From Hormiphora californensis (Eukaryota > Animalia > Ctenophora): a stretch of DNA of 64,000 nucleotides. Shown in pieces: positions 13,892 through 25,800 of the stretch. The notes below the pieces were generated by a model. It did no database searches, was not told the origin of the DNA, and saw nothing but the letters and a program-made list of their open reading frames with translations. The stretch's first letter is position 1; each line of letters starts with the position of its first letter. The stretch is taken from positions 6,014,001-6,078,000 of the forward strand of contig CM035359.1 in the NCBI GenBank assembly GCA_020137815.1. Direction: 5' to 3'. The translations under genes were made by a program, and so were the position numbers.

Positions 13892-16800
13892 ATCCCATTT
13901 TCAACATGTTACAGAACGCTAAATTGAAAAAGCATCGGGGAGCCTAATGAATCAAAGCCTCATAAAACGGTGATTGAAAATGCAAGAAATGATAAATGAT
14001 AAAGTTAGCCGATAAGAAACTTAATAAAAAGAGACTTCTTGGCGAATTTATAGGAGAAACTTCGGAGAAAGTCTGTACGAGTCATAGCGACCATTTCAAA
14101 TCGAAACCTTTTTTTAAGACTACTCCATCCCATTGTTCAACGTAAGACGCATTATTGAAAAAGCATCGGGGGCTAATATTCGCCCTTCAACGGGTCAAAA
14201 AGAACACGGTTGCCATAAGAAACTGAATAAAAAGAACTATTGGACGCATGTTAAAACATTGCGAAAATTTAACAAACCTTTCTTAAAAATGGAATTTCTC
14301 AAAATCTCACTCGAGCTTAAAACTAGCCTAATATAAGTGTTTTATAAGGGGTTAGCATGTCGTGATACCCCATGCCAGTGGGAACGGCCATACTCACTAC
14401 GTTCCATCTCCAAGTATATTTAAGAGAGGATTGTGACACAGGGTCGGTAATGGGAGGGGAGAGAGGATTGTGACACAGGGTCGGTAATGGGAGGGGAGAG
14501 AGGAATAAGAAACAGGGAGATAATTCTGGATTGTGAAACAGGGTCGATTTTATTGATGAGACTAGAGGTGAGAGTTCTCACCTCTAGTCCTACCTCGAGA
14601 GTGCTTGGGGAGATAGGATTGAAACATGGATAAACAAGTTCATTCTGTGTTGTAGAATCGCTCAATCAAATTAAGAATAAGTTAGAGCTTAGTTAGCTTC
14701 TTTGATTATTTCATCTTTGTGATGACTTTGAGAGGAAAACAAAGAAGAAACATATATTCTCCACCGCAGGAAATCATACCTAGTTGATCGGTGGTACATT
14801 GACTGCACTTGCAGGACACTTGGGCTGGTTGTCCCTTCTGAACTACGCTGTCGAACACCTCCAAGTCTGAGGGAAATATAATTAGAGAACAATTTACATT
14901 TCAATATACATAATATCTAGGGGGATATGATCAAAAAGGGATTTGATGATTCAGGATCACGGCCACTCCAATGATCGAGGATCTACTGAATAAGCAGCAG
15001 GTTATACTCATTTCGATATTGTGATCCCTTTCACAACTCACCCCCGTGTTACCATAGTTACCCTACAGAACTCAGCCCTGTGTGGCGTGTTACCATGGTT
15101 ACCCCGCCCCCCCCCCCACACTCACCCCCGTGACTGGAGCAGACGACATCGAGTCTGATTGTGCACAAATCCAGCACAAAGTTATTCTCTACATTCACTT
15201 TAACACAGTAGTCTTCCTCCCATGGTTCTATAGCCCGCGTTGCTGCACTGATACTGGTTGGGGGATTAGGTGTTAGCAGGAAAAAAAACAAATGAACTTT
15301 TTCACCATTGACTTGAAGGTGAGACCATTCATTTCCAGAGTTAGCAAAACTTATCTGTCCCTATTGTCTCATATATAAGACCATCGAAGGCCCGGTGCGA
15401 AGAGTTGCGCGGTGAACAGACTTCAGTCAGTGTCTGACAAAGTCGCTAACACTTGCTACAGTCTTACTTACAAGATTTTACAAGATTTACAAATTAGTTT
15501 CGGTATACATAACATACTTGTAGTTGATCCAAGCATCACGTCCAGTTGAGGTTAGCCTGTCTTTGATCGTGCTGCTAAAACAGTTCCTTCTCGTGTTGGT
15601 GTAGGGTGTAGCAAGTTCCATGTTTTGCTGGGAAAGGATTGGTGATACATAACATATATAGAGAAGATTTCCTACAAAGCAGGAAGCGACCGAATATTCG
15701 GTTCGGTTCGGTTCGGTTCGGAAATTCGGTGTTTTTTGGGCGGTTCGGTTCGGTTCGGTTCGGTGGAAAATTTTGGCCGAACCACCGAATTTTTTGTTCA
15801 AAAAATGGCCAAAAATCGGGCTTTTTCAGCCATAATTTTTTCAATTATTTCACAATTTTTTATAGATTTCAATGTCAATTTCGCCGTATGAACCGTATCT
15901 CGAATCGGTGGTGCTATGTGGAAATGATTTCGCTAGTTAGCGGGTTCGATATGGATTGATTTGATACGTGACTTCCCGTCGAATCGTGTCCTCATGAGAG
16001 GGTCAACAAATTCAAAAACTATTTTTTCAAAAAGTTCATGGAGAGCACCGATCAAGGTGTTAAGAATCATTCTCTGAAATTTTGTAGAAAACTTTGTAAA
16101 ATATTTCAAAAGTCGATTTCGTAAAAAAAATTATATGTCAATTTTTGCGTACGAATCGTGTTTCGAATCGGAATTGCTAAGCGGGAGTGATGTTACTACA
16201 TAATTAGTGGGTCCGAGATGGATTGTGCTGATACGTGATCCCCCATCAAATCTAATTAGGAAATTTAGGGAGACACGATTCATGGTTCGTTTAATCCTGC
16301 TAATTAGCAATACCATTCCCGTATAGCATTGCCGATTCGAAACACGATTCGTACGCAAAAATTGACATAGAAAATTTTCGATAAAATTGACTTTGAAAAT
16401 TTTTTCACAAAATTGACTTTGAAATTTTGGTAGTATGACATACTGCCTACGGAACGTTTGAGGACACATTACGGACACATTGAGGACACATTGAGGACAG
16501 GTTGTGGACAGGTTGAGGACAGGTTGAGGACACATTGTGGACAGGTTGTGGACAGGTTGAGGACACATTGAGGACACATTGAGTAACGATTGCACATCAA
16601 TCGTGGACACATTGAGGACACATTGAGGACAGGTTGAGGACACATTGTGGACACATTGTGGACACATTGAGGACAGTCTGAGGACACATTGTGGACACAT
16701 TGAGGACAGTCTGAGGACACATTGAGGACACGTTGAGGACACATTGTGGACACGTTGAGGACACATTTGGGACAAATTTGGGGTATTAGATTTGGACGCC

Positions 16801-19800
16801 CAGTGTCAAAGTTCGGGTATCCGGGGATCCTGGCTGCTAGTCAATTTTATCGCCAAAATATCTAGTCAATTTTCTAAAATGGGAAAATTATAGTGAGAAA
16901 TTGAGAAAATGGTAGCACATTTAAAAAAACAAGGTAAATAGGGATGACAAACTTCAAATCACCATCTATGTATTTTCTCTAATTTACAGAACATTGTTTT
17001 GCTCTGATTTTCACCACCTCCATTCTTACATTTTCCATCAGTGGTGTAGTGGTTACACCATGGACTCTCACCCCGATGATCAGGGTTCGAATCCGGATGG
17101 GGTGATTTGGCTTACTTTTTACTTTCATGATTTTTCTCTCTTTGTTCATACCAGTGTGTTGTAACATGACACTGATAGTGATAACATCACAATATCATAG
17201 AAGAACGCTTGTCAGTGCATATGTGTGAGATCTCGCTCATCGATGTCAGGATCTCTAGTCGGTAGAGAGGGAGTCTAGGAGGTAGCCTGTGATAGTCACG
17301 GATCCCGCAGCGCACGACAAGCTAATTGCTGAAAAGAGTTTGTGATAGGACCAAACATTATATAGGCGTTTAAAAATGAAAAAAGATAAGGTGGGGGGTC
17401 GTGGTTGCCTCGCCTATCAAGGGGAGACCCCCCCCGGTTTCGAAAAAAAAATTCCCTTTTTTTTTTAAATGGAACACTTTTTTATGATATAATAATCTGA
17501 TTAATTAAAATCAAACTGTGTGACACTTAATTTATCTAAATAGAAAAAATTGTGTTCCATCTAGTCATTTTAAGTTAACAAATTCAGAGGCATCCTAGTC
17601 GGATGAGATTACTTTGCCACACTGGCGTTTGGAACGCTATTCCATTTTGTCGGGGAATAGTTAAGGGACACCATTGAGGACACATTGTGGACACGTTGAG
17701 GACACATTGTGGACAGTCTGAGGACATATTGTGGACACGTGAGGAACATTGAGGGACAATTGTGGACACGTTGAGGACATGTTGAGGACACATGTGGACA
17801 CATGAGGACAGTCTGAGGCACACTGTGGGACACATTAAGGACAGTCTGAGGACACTGGAGGACACATTTGCATCAAATTCACAGGAGACAATTTGCACTG
17901 TGGTTCAACTGCTGCTTGTTCCGCTTACCTATGGGCTCTCGGGCAGGGTCAGAGGGTAGAAGAGGGAGGAGACAGACGACCAGAACGAGATATATAGGGG
18001 TCCGGGGGATTAGGGAGGGGAAAGGTAGGGCAAACGCCTTCCCGAATCCTGTCTCATATCGTCTAACACTCCTAATCTATATCGTATCGTCTCACACTGC
18101 TAATAAGGTATCCCCGAATCACATTTATATCCCGTGGTCTGACAGTGTAATAGGGCGTCCAGAACACAGTCACATATCCACCCCTCATCATAATTGTTGG
18201 TGCTTATTGTTAGTGGTGACTTGAGAGGCGGGGTGCACTGCACGTTATAGTCTCAGGTCACCACGATAAGTGGTCGTGACTGAAACGATAAACTGTGTGT
18301 CAGATCACCTACCGTTATCACGCGCAACAATTGCACCATGTACTGGTTACCAGGAGATCTTTGCAAACCGATTATCACGGTCCGACCTTAACCAATTGTA
18401 CTGGGTATAGGAGAACTGTGCAACCGATTATTTGCCTAGCTAGACCGGTGTTTCGGGCGCCCCGCCCCGAAACAAACAATGTAAACACAATTTATGTAAA
18501 GGGAGGGTTAGAAGTAACAAACCGATTATTCTAATTCGACAGACTTTGACAATCTCACTTCCTACACCATGCACCATGAGATCTGCATGTAGGAGATCTC
18601 TCACTCGGAGGATGGAGAGAATATATATTCAGTGAAAAACCGAGAAGAAAGAAATGAAACAGAGAGAAATAGGAGAGAGGGTTGAGAAAGACAAACACCA
18701 AGTATTGTCATAATGACCATAAATGAAATATTGGTTACTGATATGCCATGAGGCGCTCCTAGGAAAGCCCAACCACTAACAAAACCTTAACTTTAAGTGA
18801 GAGAGCTCGTACAAGCAGATCTCATAGTATAGTGTATGACGCGATGGTTACAAAAGGTCGCATCGTGATAATCGGTTGCACGATTCTCCTGTAACCAGTA
18901 GTACAGTTTTGTGTACCAGTAGACATGGTGTAATGTGGGTAAGGTGTGTTTTGTAAATCACCCAGGGCTTGACGACTATAACAGTTGTGAGTTGACTGAC
19001 CTAAGACCGTGGTGTGCGAGTACTACCTCCCATTTACTCACATCTCATCCCCTACCTCCACTTCTCACTCTCAGCTGTCCTACCTCCTATTACTCCATCT
19101 CGCAGCTACCCTACCTCCCATTGACTCCCATCGCTCCTGTCATCCAACATACACACTCCTGGATGGAGTACATGGGAGGAGGGCTGGGAGGAGTAAATGG
19201 GAGGGGTCTGAGGGAGAGATGGAGTAGTAAATGGTGTGGGTAGCTGAGAGATGGAGTAATGGAGTAGGAAGCTAGAGATAAAGGTACATGGGAGGTAGGG
19301 AATGACGAGAGATAGTAAATGGGTTACGGGAAGCTGAGAGATGAAGAAACATGGAGGAGGTGGGGGAAGCTGAGAGATGGAAGTAAATGTGAGTAGGGAA
19401 GCTGAGAGATGAAGAACATGGGAGGTAGGGAGCTTAGAGATGGAGTAAATGGGACGGTAGGTACTCGCACTCTCACGGTCTTGAGTCAGTCAACCACAAC
19501 TGTTATAGTCGTCAAGCCCCTGGGTGATTTACAACACACCTTACCCACCTTACACCATGTACTAATGGTTACAAAAGAACTGTACTACTGGTTACAGGAG
19601 AATCGTGCAACCGATTATCACGATGCGACCTTTTGTAAACCATCGGTCATACACTTACTATGAGATCTGCTTGTACGAGGCTCTCTCACTTAAAGTTAGG
19701 TTTTGTTAGTGGTTGGCTTTCATAGGAGCGCTCATGGCATATCAGTAACCAACATTTCATTTTATGGTCCATGTACAATACTTGGTTTGTCTTTTCTCAA

Positions 19801-22800
19801 CCTTCTCTATTTCTCTCTGTTCATTCTTTCTCCAGTTTTCACGAATATAATATCTCTTCTCCTCCGAGTGAGAGAGATCTCCTACAGGCAAAGAGTCTCA
19901 TGGTTGCATGGTGGAGGAACGTGAGATGGTTACAAAAGCGTCTGTCGAATAGAAAATCGGTTGTATTTCTAACCCTTCCCTTTACATAAATTGTGTTTTA
20001 CATTTTTGTTTCGGGGGCGGGTGCGCCCGAAACACGGTCTAGACTAGGCAAATAATCGGTTTGCACGTTTCCTATAACCAGTACCAATGGTTGTAAGGTC
20101 GGCCGTGATAATCGGTTGCAAGATCTCTGTAACCAGTACATGTGCTTAATTGTTGCCGTTGATAATCGGTTGAGGTGCTGACACACAGTTATGGTTCAGT
20201 CACGACAATTATCGTGGTGACCTGCGGGAATAGACCGTGCAGTCAAAACCGGCGCCGTCTCAAGTAACCATAACAAAGCACCAACAATTATGAGGGGGGC
20301 TGGATATGTGACATGCATTATGGGGACGACCCTATAGAACTGTCAGACAAAACGGATTATAAATGTGACTCGGGAACTTATAGCAGCTGTGAGACGATAC
20401 GATATTAGATTAGGAGTGTTAGATGATATGAGACAGAGATTCGGGAAGGCCGGTTGCCCTACCTTCCTCCCTAATCCCCTGACCCCTATATATCTCGTTC
20501 TGTCTCTGTTCTCTCCCTACTTTGCTACCTTCTGGACCCTGCCCGAGAGCTCCATAGGGAAGCGGACAGCGCAGTTGAACCACAGGTGCAAAGTCTCCTG
20601 TGAATTGATTCAAATGTGTCCTCAACGGTCCTCAGACTGTCCTTAATGTCCCACAAGTTGTCCTCAGACTGTCCTCAATGTGTCCAATGTGTCTCAACAG
20701 TCCTCAACGTGTGCACAATGTGTCCTCAATGTGTCCTCAACGTGTCCACAATGTGTCCTCAGACTGTCCTCAAGTGTCTCAACGTGTCCACAATGTGTCC
20801 TCAATGTGTGGCTTAATGTGTCCACGCGAAAAATGGAAGCGTCCCAAATCATACCCCAAATTTGTCCCAAATGTGTCCTCAACGTGTCCACATGTGCCTA
20901 ACGTGCCTCAATGTGTCCTCAGACTGTCCTCAATGTGGTCCTCAACCTGTCCTCATGTGTCCTCAATGTGTCCACGATTGATGTGCAATCGTATCAATGT
21001 TGTCCTCAAGGTGTCCTAACCTGTCCTCAACCTGTCCACAACCTGTCCACAATGTGTCCTCAACCTGTCCTCAACCTGTCCACAACCTGTCCTCAATGTG
21101 TCCTCAATGTGTCCGTAATGTGTCCTCAAACGTTCCGTAGGCAGTATGTCATACTACCGAAATTTTTCCAAACTTTTTTTAACAAAATTTCAGAGAATGA
21201 TTCTCAATACCTTGATCGGTGGCTCCATGACTTTAGAGAAACATTTACACAGTAAAGTTTGGTATGGTTCGGTTCGGTTCGTTTACCGAAATTCGGTTCG
21301 GTTCGGTTCGGTTCGGTAAAAAAGTTTTTCAAATTCGGTTCGGTTCGGTTCGGTAGGAAAAAACCCGGTTCGGTCGTTTCCTGCTACAAAGTGAAACAAG
21401 CGGTTTCAGAGAACTACAATTGTTTCAATACAAATTAATGCATATCATCAGGTTCTGATCTTGACTTGGGCCGTTCAGTCTAAACTTTGCTCCTTCATAA
21501 AAGAGAAGATTTCCGATATATTAAAGTTTTACCAACCAAAAGGACCCTAACTTTTAAACAAGAATTTAGAATGCTCGGGGGGGGGGGGGGTCAACCCAAC
21601 TGTATCAGACATCCATGGTGGTTAGGGTGGGTGGGTCCCGAAGGGACCCTGGACCCAGACAGTTAGGGGTTTCCCCTAACTGTCAAAATTTTGGGGGTGT
21701 AGGGGTCCCGAAGGGACCCGGACAGTTAGGGGTTTCCCCTAACTGTCAAAATTTTGGGGGTGTAGGGGTCCCGAAGGGACCCGGACAGTTAGGATTTTCC
21801 TCTAACTGTCAAAATTATGGAAATTTGGGTCAAAATTTGGGAATTTCGGGTCCTGAAGGCACCACAGTGAACTATTTTTGCGCGCTATAATTTTGGTCAG
21901 GCATCACACTGAAAATTTGGGGTTCTGCGCAAACTATTTTGGGGGTGGTTCCAAAAGAGGAGGACCCATAACTGTCAAAAATTTGAAATTTTCTGGAAAA
22001 ATAGGTGTGGGTCCCAACTTTTGGGTGTCTGTGGCATATATATGTTCCCAAAACGTCAAAAAAGTGGGATTTTTCGAAAAATAGGGGGGTGGGTCCCAAA
22101 ATTTGGGTTGTGAGACAGTAAGAGGAGGACCCTAACTGTCATAATCAAGGGAGTGGGGTGGTTTTTTCCACCTGGGACAGTTAGGGGCATTTAGGGGCAT
22201 GGATGTCTGATACAGTTAGGGTGACCCCCCCCCCCACCCCCCCCACCCCCCCCGGAATGCTCCGTTTCACCATCTCAGACTAGTGTTGTTTTTTGAACAT
22301 TTGATCTACAAAGAACGTGAGGTCATGTGATACCAACCACGTGTTGTTATCAACCACGTGTTTTTTTTTGATGCTTCTCAACCCGCACAGGATTGAGATA
22401 GAGGGATGGGGCTCAAGCTCCTTGGCTCCCGTTCAGTCTCTTTCCATGTCTCTCTCTCTCCCTCCCTCTCTCACCTATTAATAATAAAAGGAACTATAAC
22501 ATCTAGATGAAACAATATCACGCTGATCCATCACACCTAACAGTGATAACCCAAATCAATGAAAACGATTTCAAAGAAAACAATTTTCTAGAAAATGTTT
22601 TTTCTTCTGTATTTAGTAATTCATAGTTCTCTGGACATTTTGTCTTTTTTATTTGCTTCTTTGTTTGGGCACATCCCCCGCAGCCAGTCAAATGCCCCCG
22701 CAATGATGGCTATAACGTTTGCTTTGTTCGGCACCTCCAATATGAAAGGTAGAAGAGGGAGGCACCAGACTAACTTGTTGAATATTTTGAAGGGTGACCT

Positions 22801-25800
22801 CAGGGAGAGAGGCCTTGATTTAATTCAATAAAGACTTTGAAAAAGTAATGACTTTCGCCTTATATCGAAACACGTACCGTGAAAAGGGCTCACTCATCAA
22901 CGTGTGTTTTTTACTAGTCAGGACCACTATTGGTGCGCGGTCGTGCCCACGGAAGGAGTGCTTGGATCATCTTGAAACCGGTTTTAAGTTCACTAATGCA
23001 TACCCAAAAGTGTCTGTAGCCATTTGGGTGATGTTCTGACAATCCAATCACGAGTTATGACTGAAAAACAGTCAAAAAAGACGTTTTAAAGTGACAAAAA
23101 GGAGGATCTGAACACAGCCCTTATATGAAGGGCTGGGGCTTTGACACTTCTTATCTGGACAGAGAATCGTCCAAATTTGCAGTGTCAACTTTCAGATAGT
23201 TTCTATCTTTTGTAGTTATCTAATTAGAGTCGTTTAAACATGTGATAAATTGCTAAAGGGGCCTATAATACTGCTTGTGAAGTGATCACTTGACGAGATT
23301 TTCCCAATTAGAGAGCGGATTAAAGCATACAAGCGGTGAGAGCAAGCAATATGAGATGGAAGTAGTACCTAATCACCCTGTTTTGCAGGGTCATAAAGAT
23401 CGTCTCACATGTTTGAATGGCTCTAATTAGATAACTACAAAAGATAGCAACTATCTGAAAGTTGACACTGCAAATTTGGACGATTCTCTGTCCACACAAG
23501 AAGTTTCAAAGCCCCAGCCCTTCATATAAGGGCTGTGTTCAGATCCTCCTTTTTGTCACTTTAAAACGTCTTTTTTGACTGTTTTTCGGTCATAACTCGT
23601 GATTGGATTGTCAGAACATCACCCAAATGGCTACAGACACTTTTGGGTATGCATTAGTGAACTTAAAACCGGTTTCAAGATGATCCAAGCACTCCTTCCG
23701 TGGGCACGACCGCGCACCAACAGTGGTCCTGACTATACACCATATTCATATTGTTACGAGTTTTATAACTATCTTTGTTCTACCTGGTTTATAATTATCT
23801 TTGTTCTACCTGGTTTTTACTTCTTAGTTCCTTTCAGTTTAAAGTCTATGGAGCTAGATGGCAGCATAAATTATGACGGCTGGCTGTTGCAATCGGGGCT
23901 ACCCAGAACGGATTTGCTACTATAATGGTTAACAAGCGAATCCGTTCTTTGTGTTTCCTAGGAAACGTGGCTGATTAGTTGCATCAGCTGATGCAACTAA
24001 TCAGCCATGGTTGATTAGTTGCATCAGGAAGAACGGATACCCAACTCTTATCTGTTTCTGTCCACTTTTGAAGGTTGACATGACACATCTAAAACGTAGT
24101 AGTTGGATTTTTCATGAATTTCAAACTTTTTCAAAGTCAAGTATGTATGTAGTTCAAAATTCGTAAAAAATTAAAGGGTCATCCAATTTTGTCAGTTGTA
24201 CTTGATTTTGACTCGCCAATTCTTGATTGGAGTCGTAAGTAACGTCGCTAAAAAGCTCATTCGCAGCAAGAATCGCGTCGCTAATTCAGGTATTCGCCAC
24301 TACACTTTTTCACGGCGTTTTTACAAAAAAGCAAATTTTTCAGCATTTGATGTTTTCAAAATTAGCTCCTGAAAAAACTGATTATGCTAATTATTTTTGT
24401 AAAAACGCAGTAAAAACGTGGCGAATACCTGAATTGCGACGCGAATCTTTTATATTGCCGCGAATGAGCTTTTTAGCGACGTTTATCGCGACGCCAATCA
24501 AGAATTGGCGAGTCAAACTTTTGATGGGGATCCGGGTACCACTGGGAGACGGGAGTTCTAAATTATCAATGTCAGTTCTAATTATACAATACCGGAAGAC
24601 CACTCACTCCAGGTGCAGTCTAATGTCTGATATGAATCCAAATGACTGGGATGAGATGATAGAGGCATTGAAAGCTACTGTGGCAAGTGATGGAGACCTA
24701 ATGGCCGAGTTCTCCTCATTTTCAGACGCCCTTCTATTAGCTGAGATCGAGATCAACATTGGGGATGAACATATTAAAACAATCGATATTAAGAATGACA
24801 TCCTTAACGGCGGCATCGCTAGTGTCTCCTTCGTAGACGAGGAGAGAGGTATTAACCTAACAATAGGAGTTATGGAAACAATTATTTTGGATGGCCTTCG
24901 AGATCCAGGAACCATAAAGTTCGACACAATCCAGGACCACAAAGTGGAGTACTATTTAAATGAGACAATGACAGCTTCGGCACGATTCGAGGCCAACGTG
25001 ACAAAATATACTATTTTGATGACTTTGATGGGTGTAATCTTATTGGCATCGATCAGTAACAGTCTGTACAAAAGCTGGAGTGTAGGGAGCAGAAACAAAT
25101 CTTTTCTCGCTGTCAAGAGACTTAAAGATTGTATAACCTTGATCCTTGGTCTCCTATCATCAGTGTTCCAGCTTATTATCTATTTGCCCGGGGATGGTGA
25201 TACCTTCATCAATATTCTCACCATCTACTACATATTACGGCAAATGTTGTTCTGCCTGTGCATGATTCTCAAGTTTTTTAGCACGGAAATCTACACTTAC
25301 CAGCTCATCATGGTGCTCCGGCCTTTCTACTTCCGGAACCACAAAGGAATGCTGACTAGGATCCTTCTCTCGAGTATGATCGCCACTATTATTTTACTGG
25401 TGGTTCCCTTTGTCATTGTTCTCATTATAACGGCATATACCACGGATTGCATCACCCTCACTAAGCTTTTCGAAGCTTCCCGAGTCACGGAATTCATTGT
25501 TTGTGGGGCCTCTCTCAGTCTTTCCGGCGCGATCACCATGATATATGTCATCGTGTACTATCTGATTCAGCTAACACGACCTGATCGGGCCGATACCTCA
25601 AATGACGACAAAGAAACGGTTGTGAACTCACTAAAAGCTGCTGTGGAGACCATAACTAACATTTTTACCATAGTATTGATTTACAAGAGCACATCTGACG
25701 CCATGAAAATTTCATCACAAATAAAAACGGAGATATCGTTTGGAAGTTGCTCTGTGGTATCTTCTTTCCTGTTCGACCATGTCTCCGTTCCACTTCCACT

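Larger units (their letters stand above)
15680..21383. mobile_element. hAT-like non-autonomous element, enlarged by a nested insertion
   Basis: Ends CAGGAAGCGACCGAA / TTCGGTCGTTTCCTG, perfect 8-bp TSD CTACAAAG, subterminal (GGTTC)n arrays. Confidence 0.9.

Noticed and set aside
16131-21255. Cys-rich MCPQCVLNVSS ORFs
   Set aside because: Translations of the TTGAGGACAC tandem units in foldback arms; mirrored on both strands.
24347-24622. N-terminal extension of the 485-aa ORF
   Set aside because: Starts at a non-ATG codon inside a MITE.
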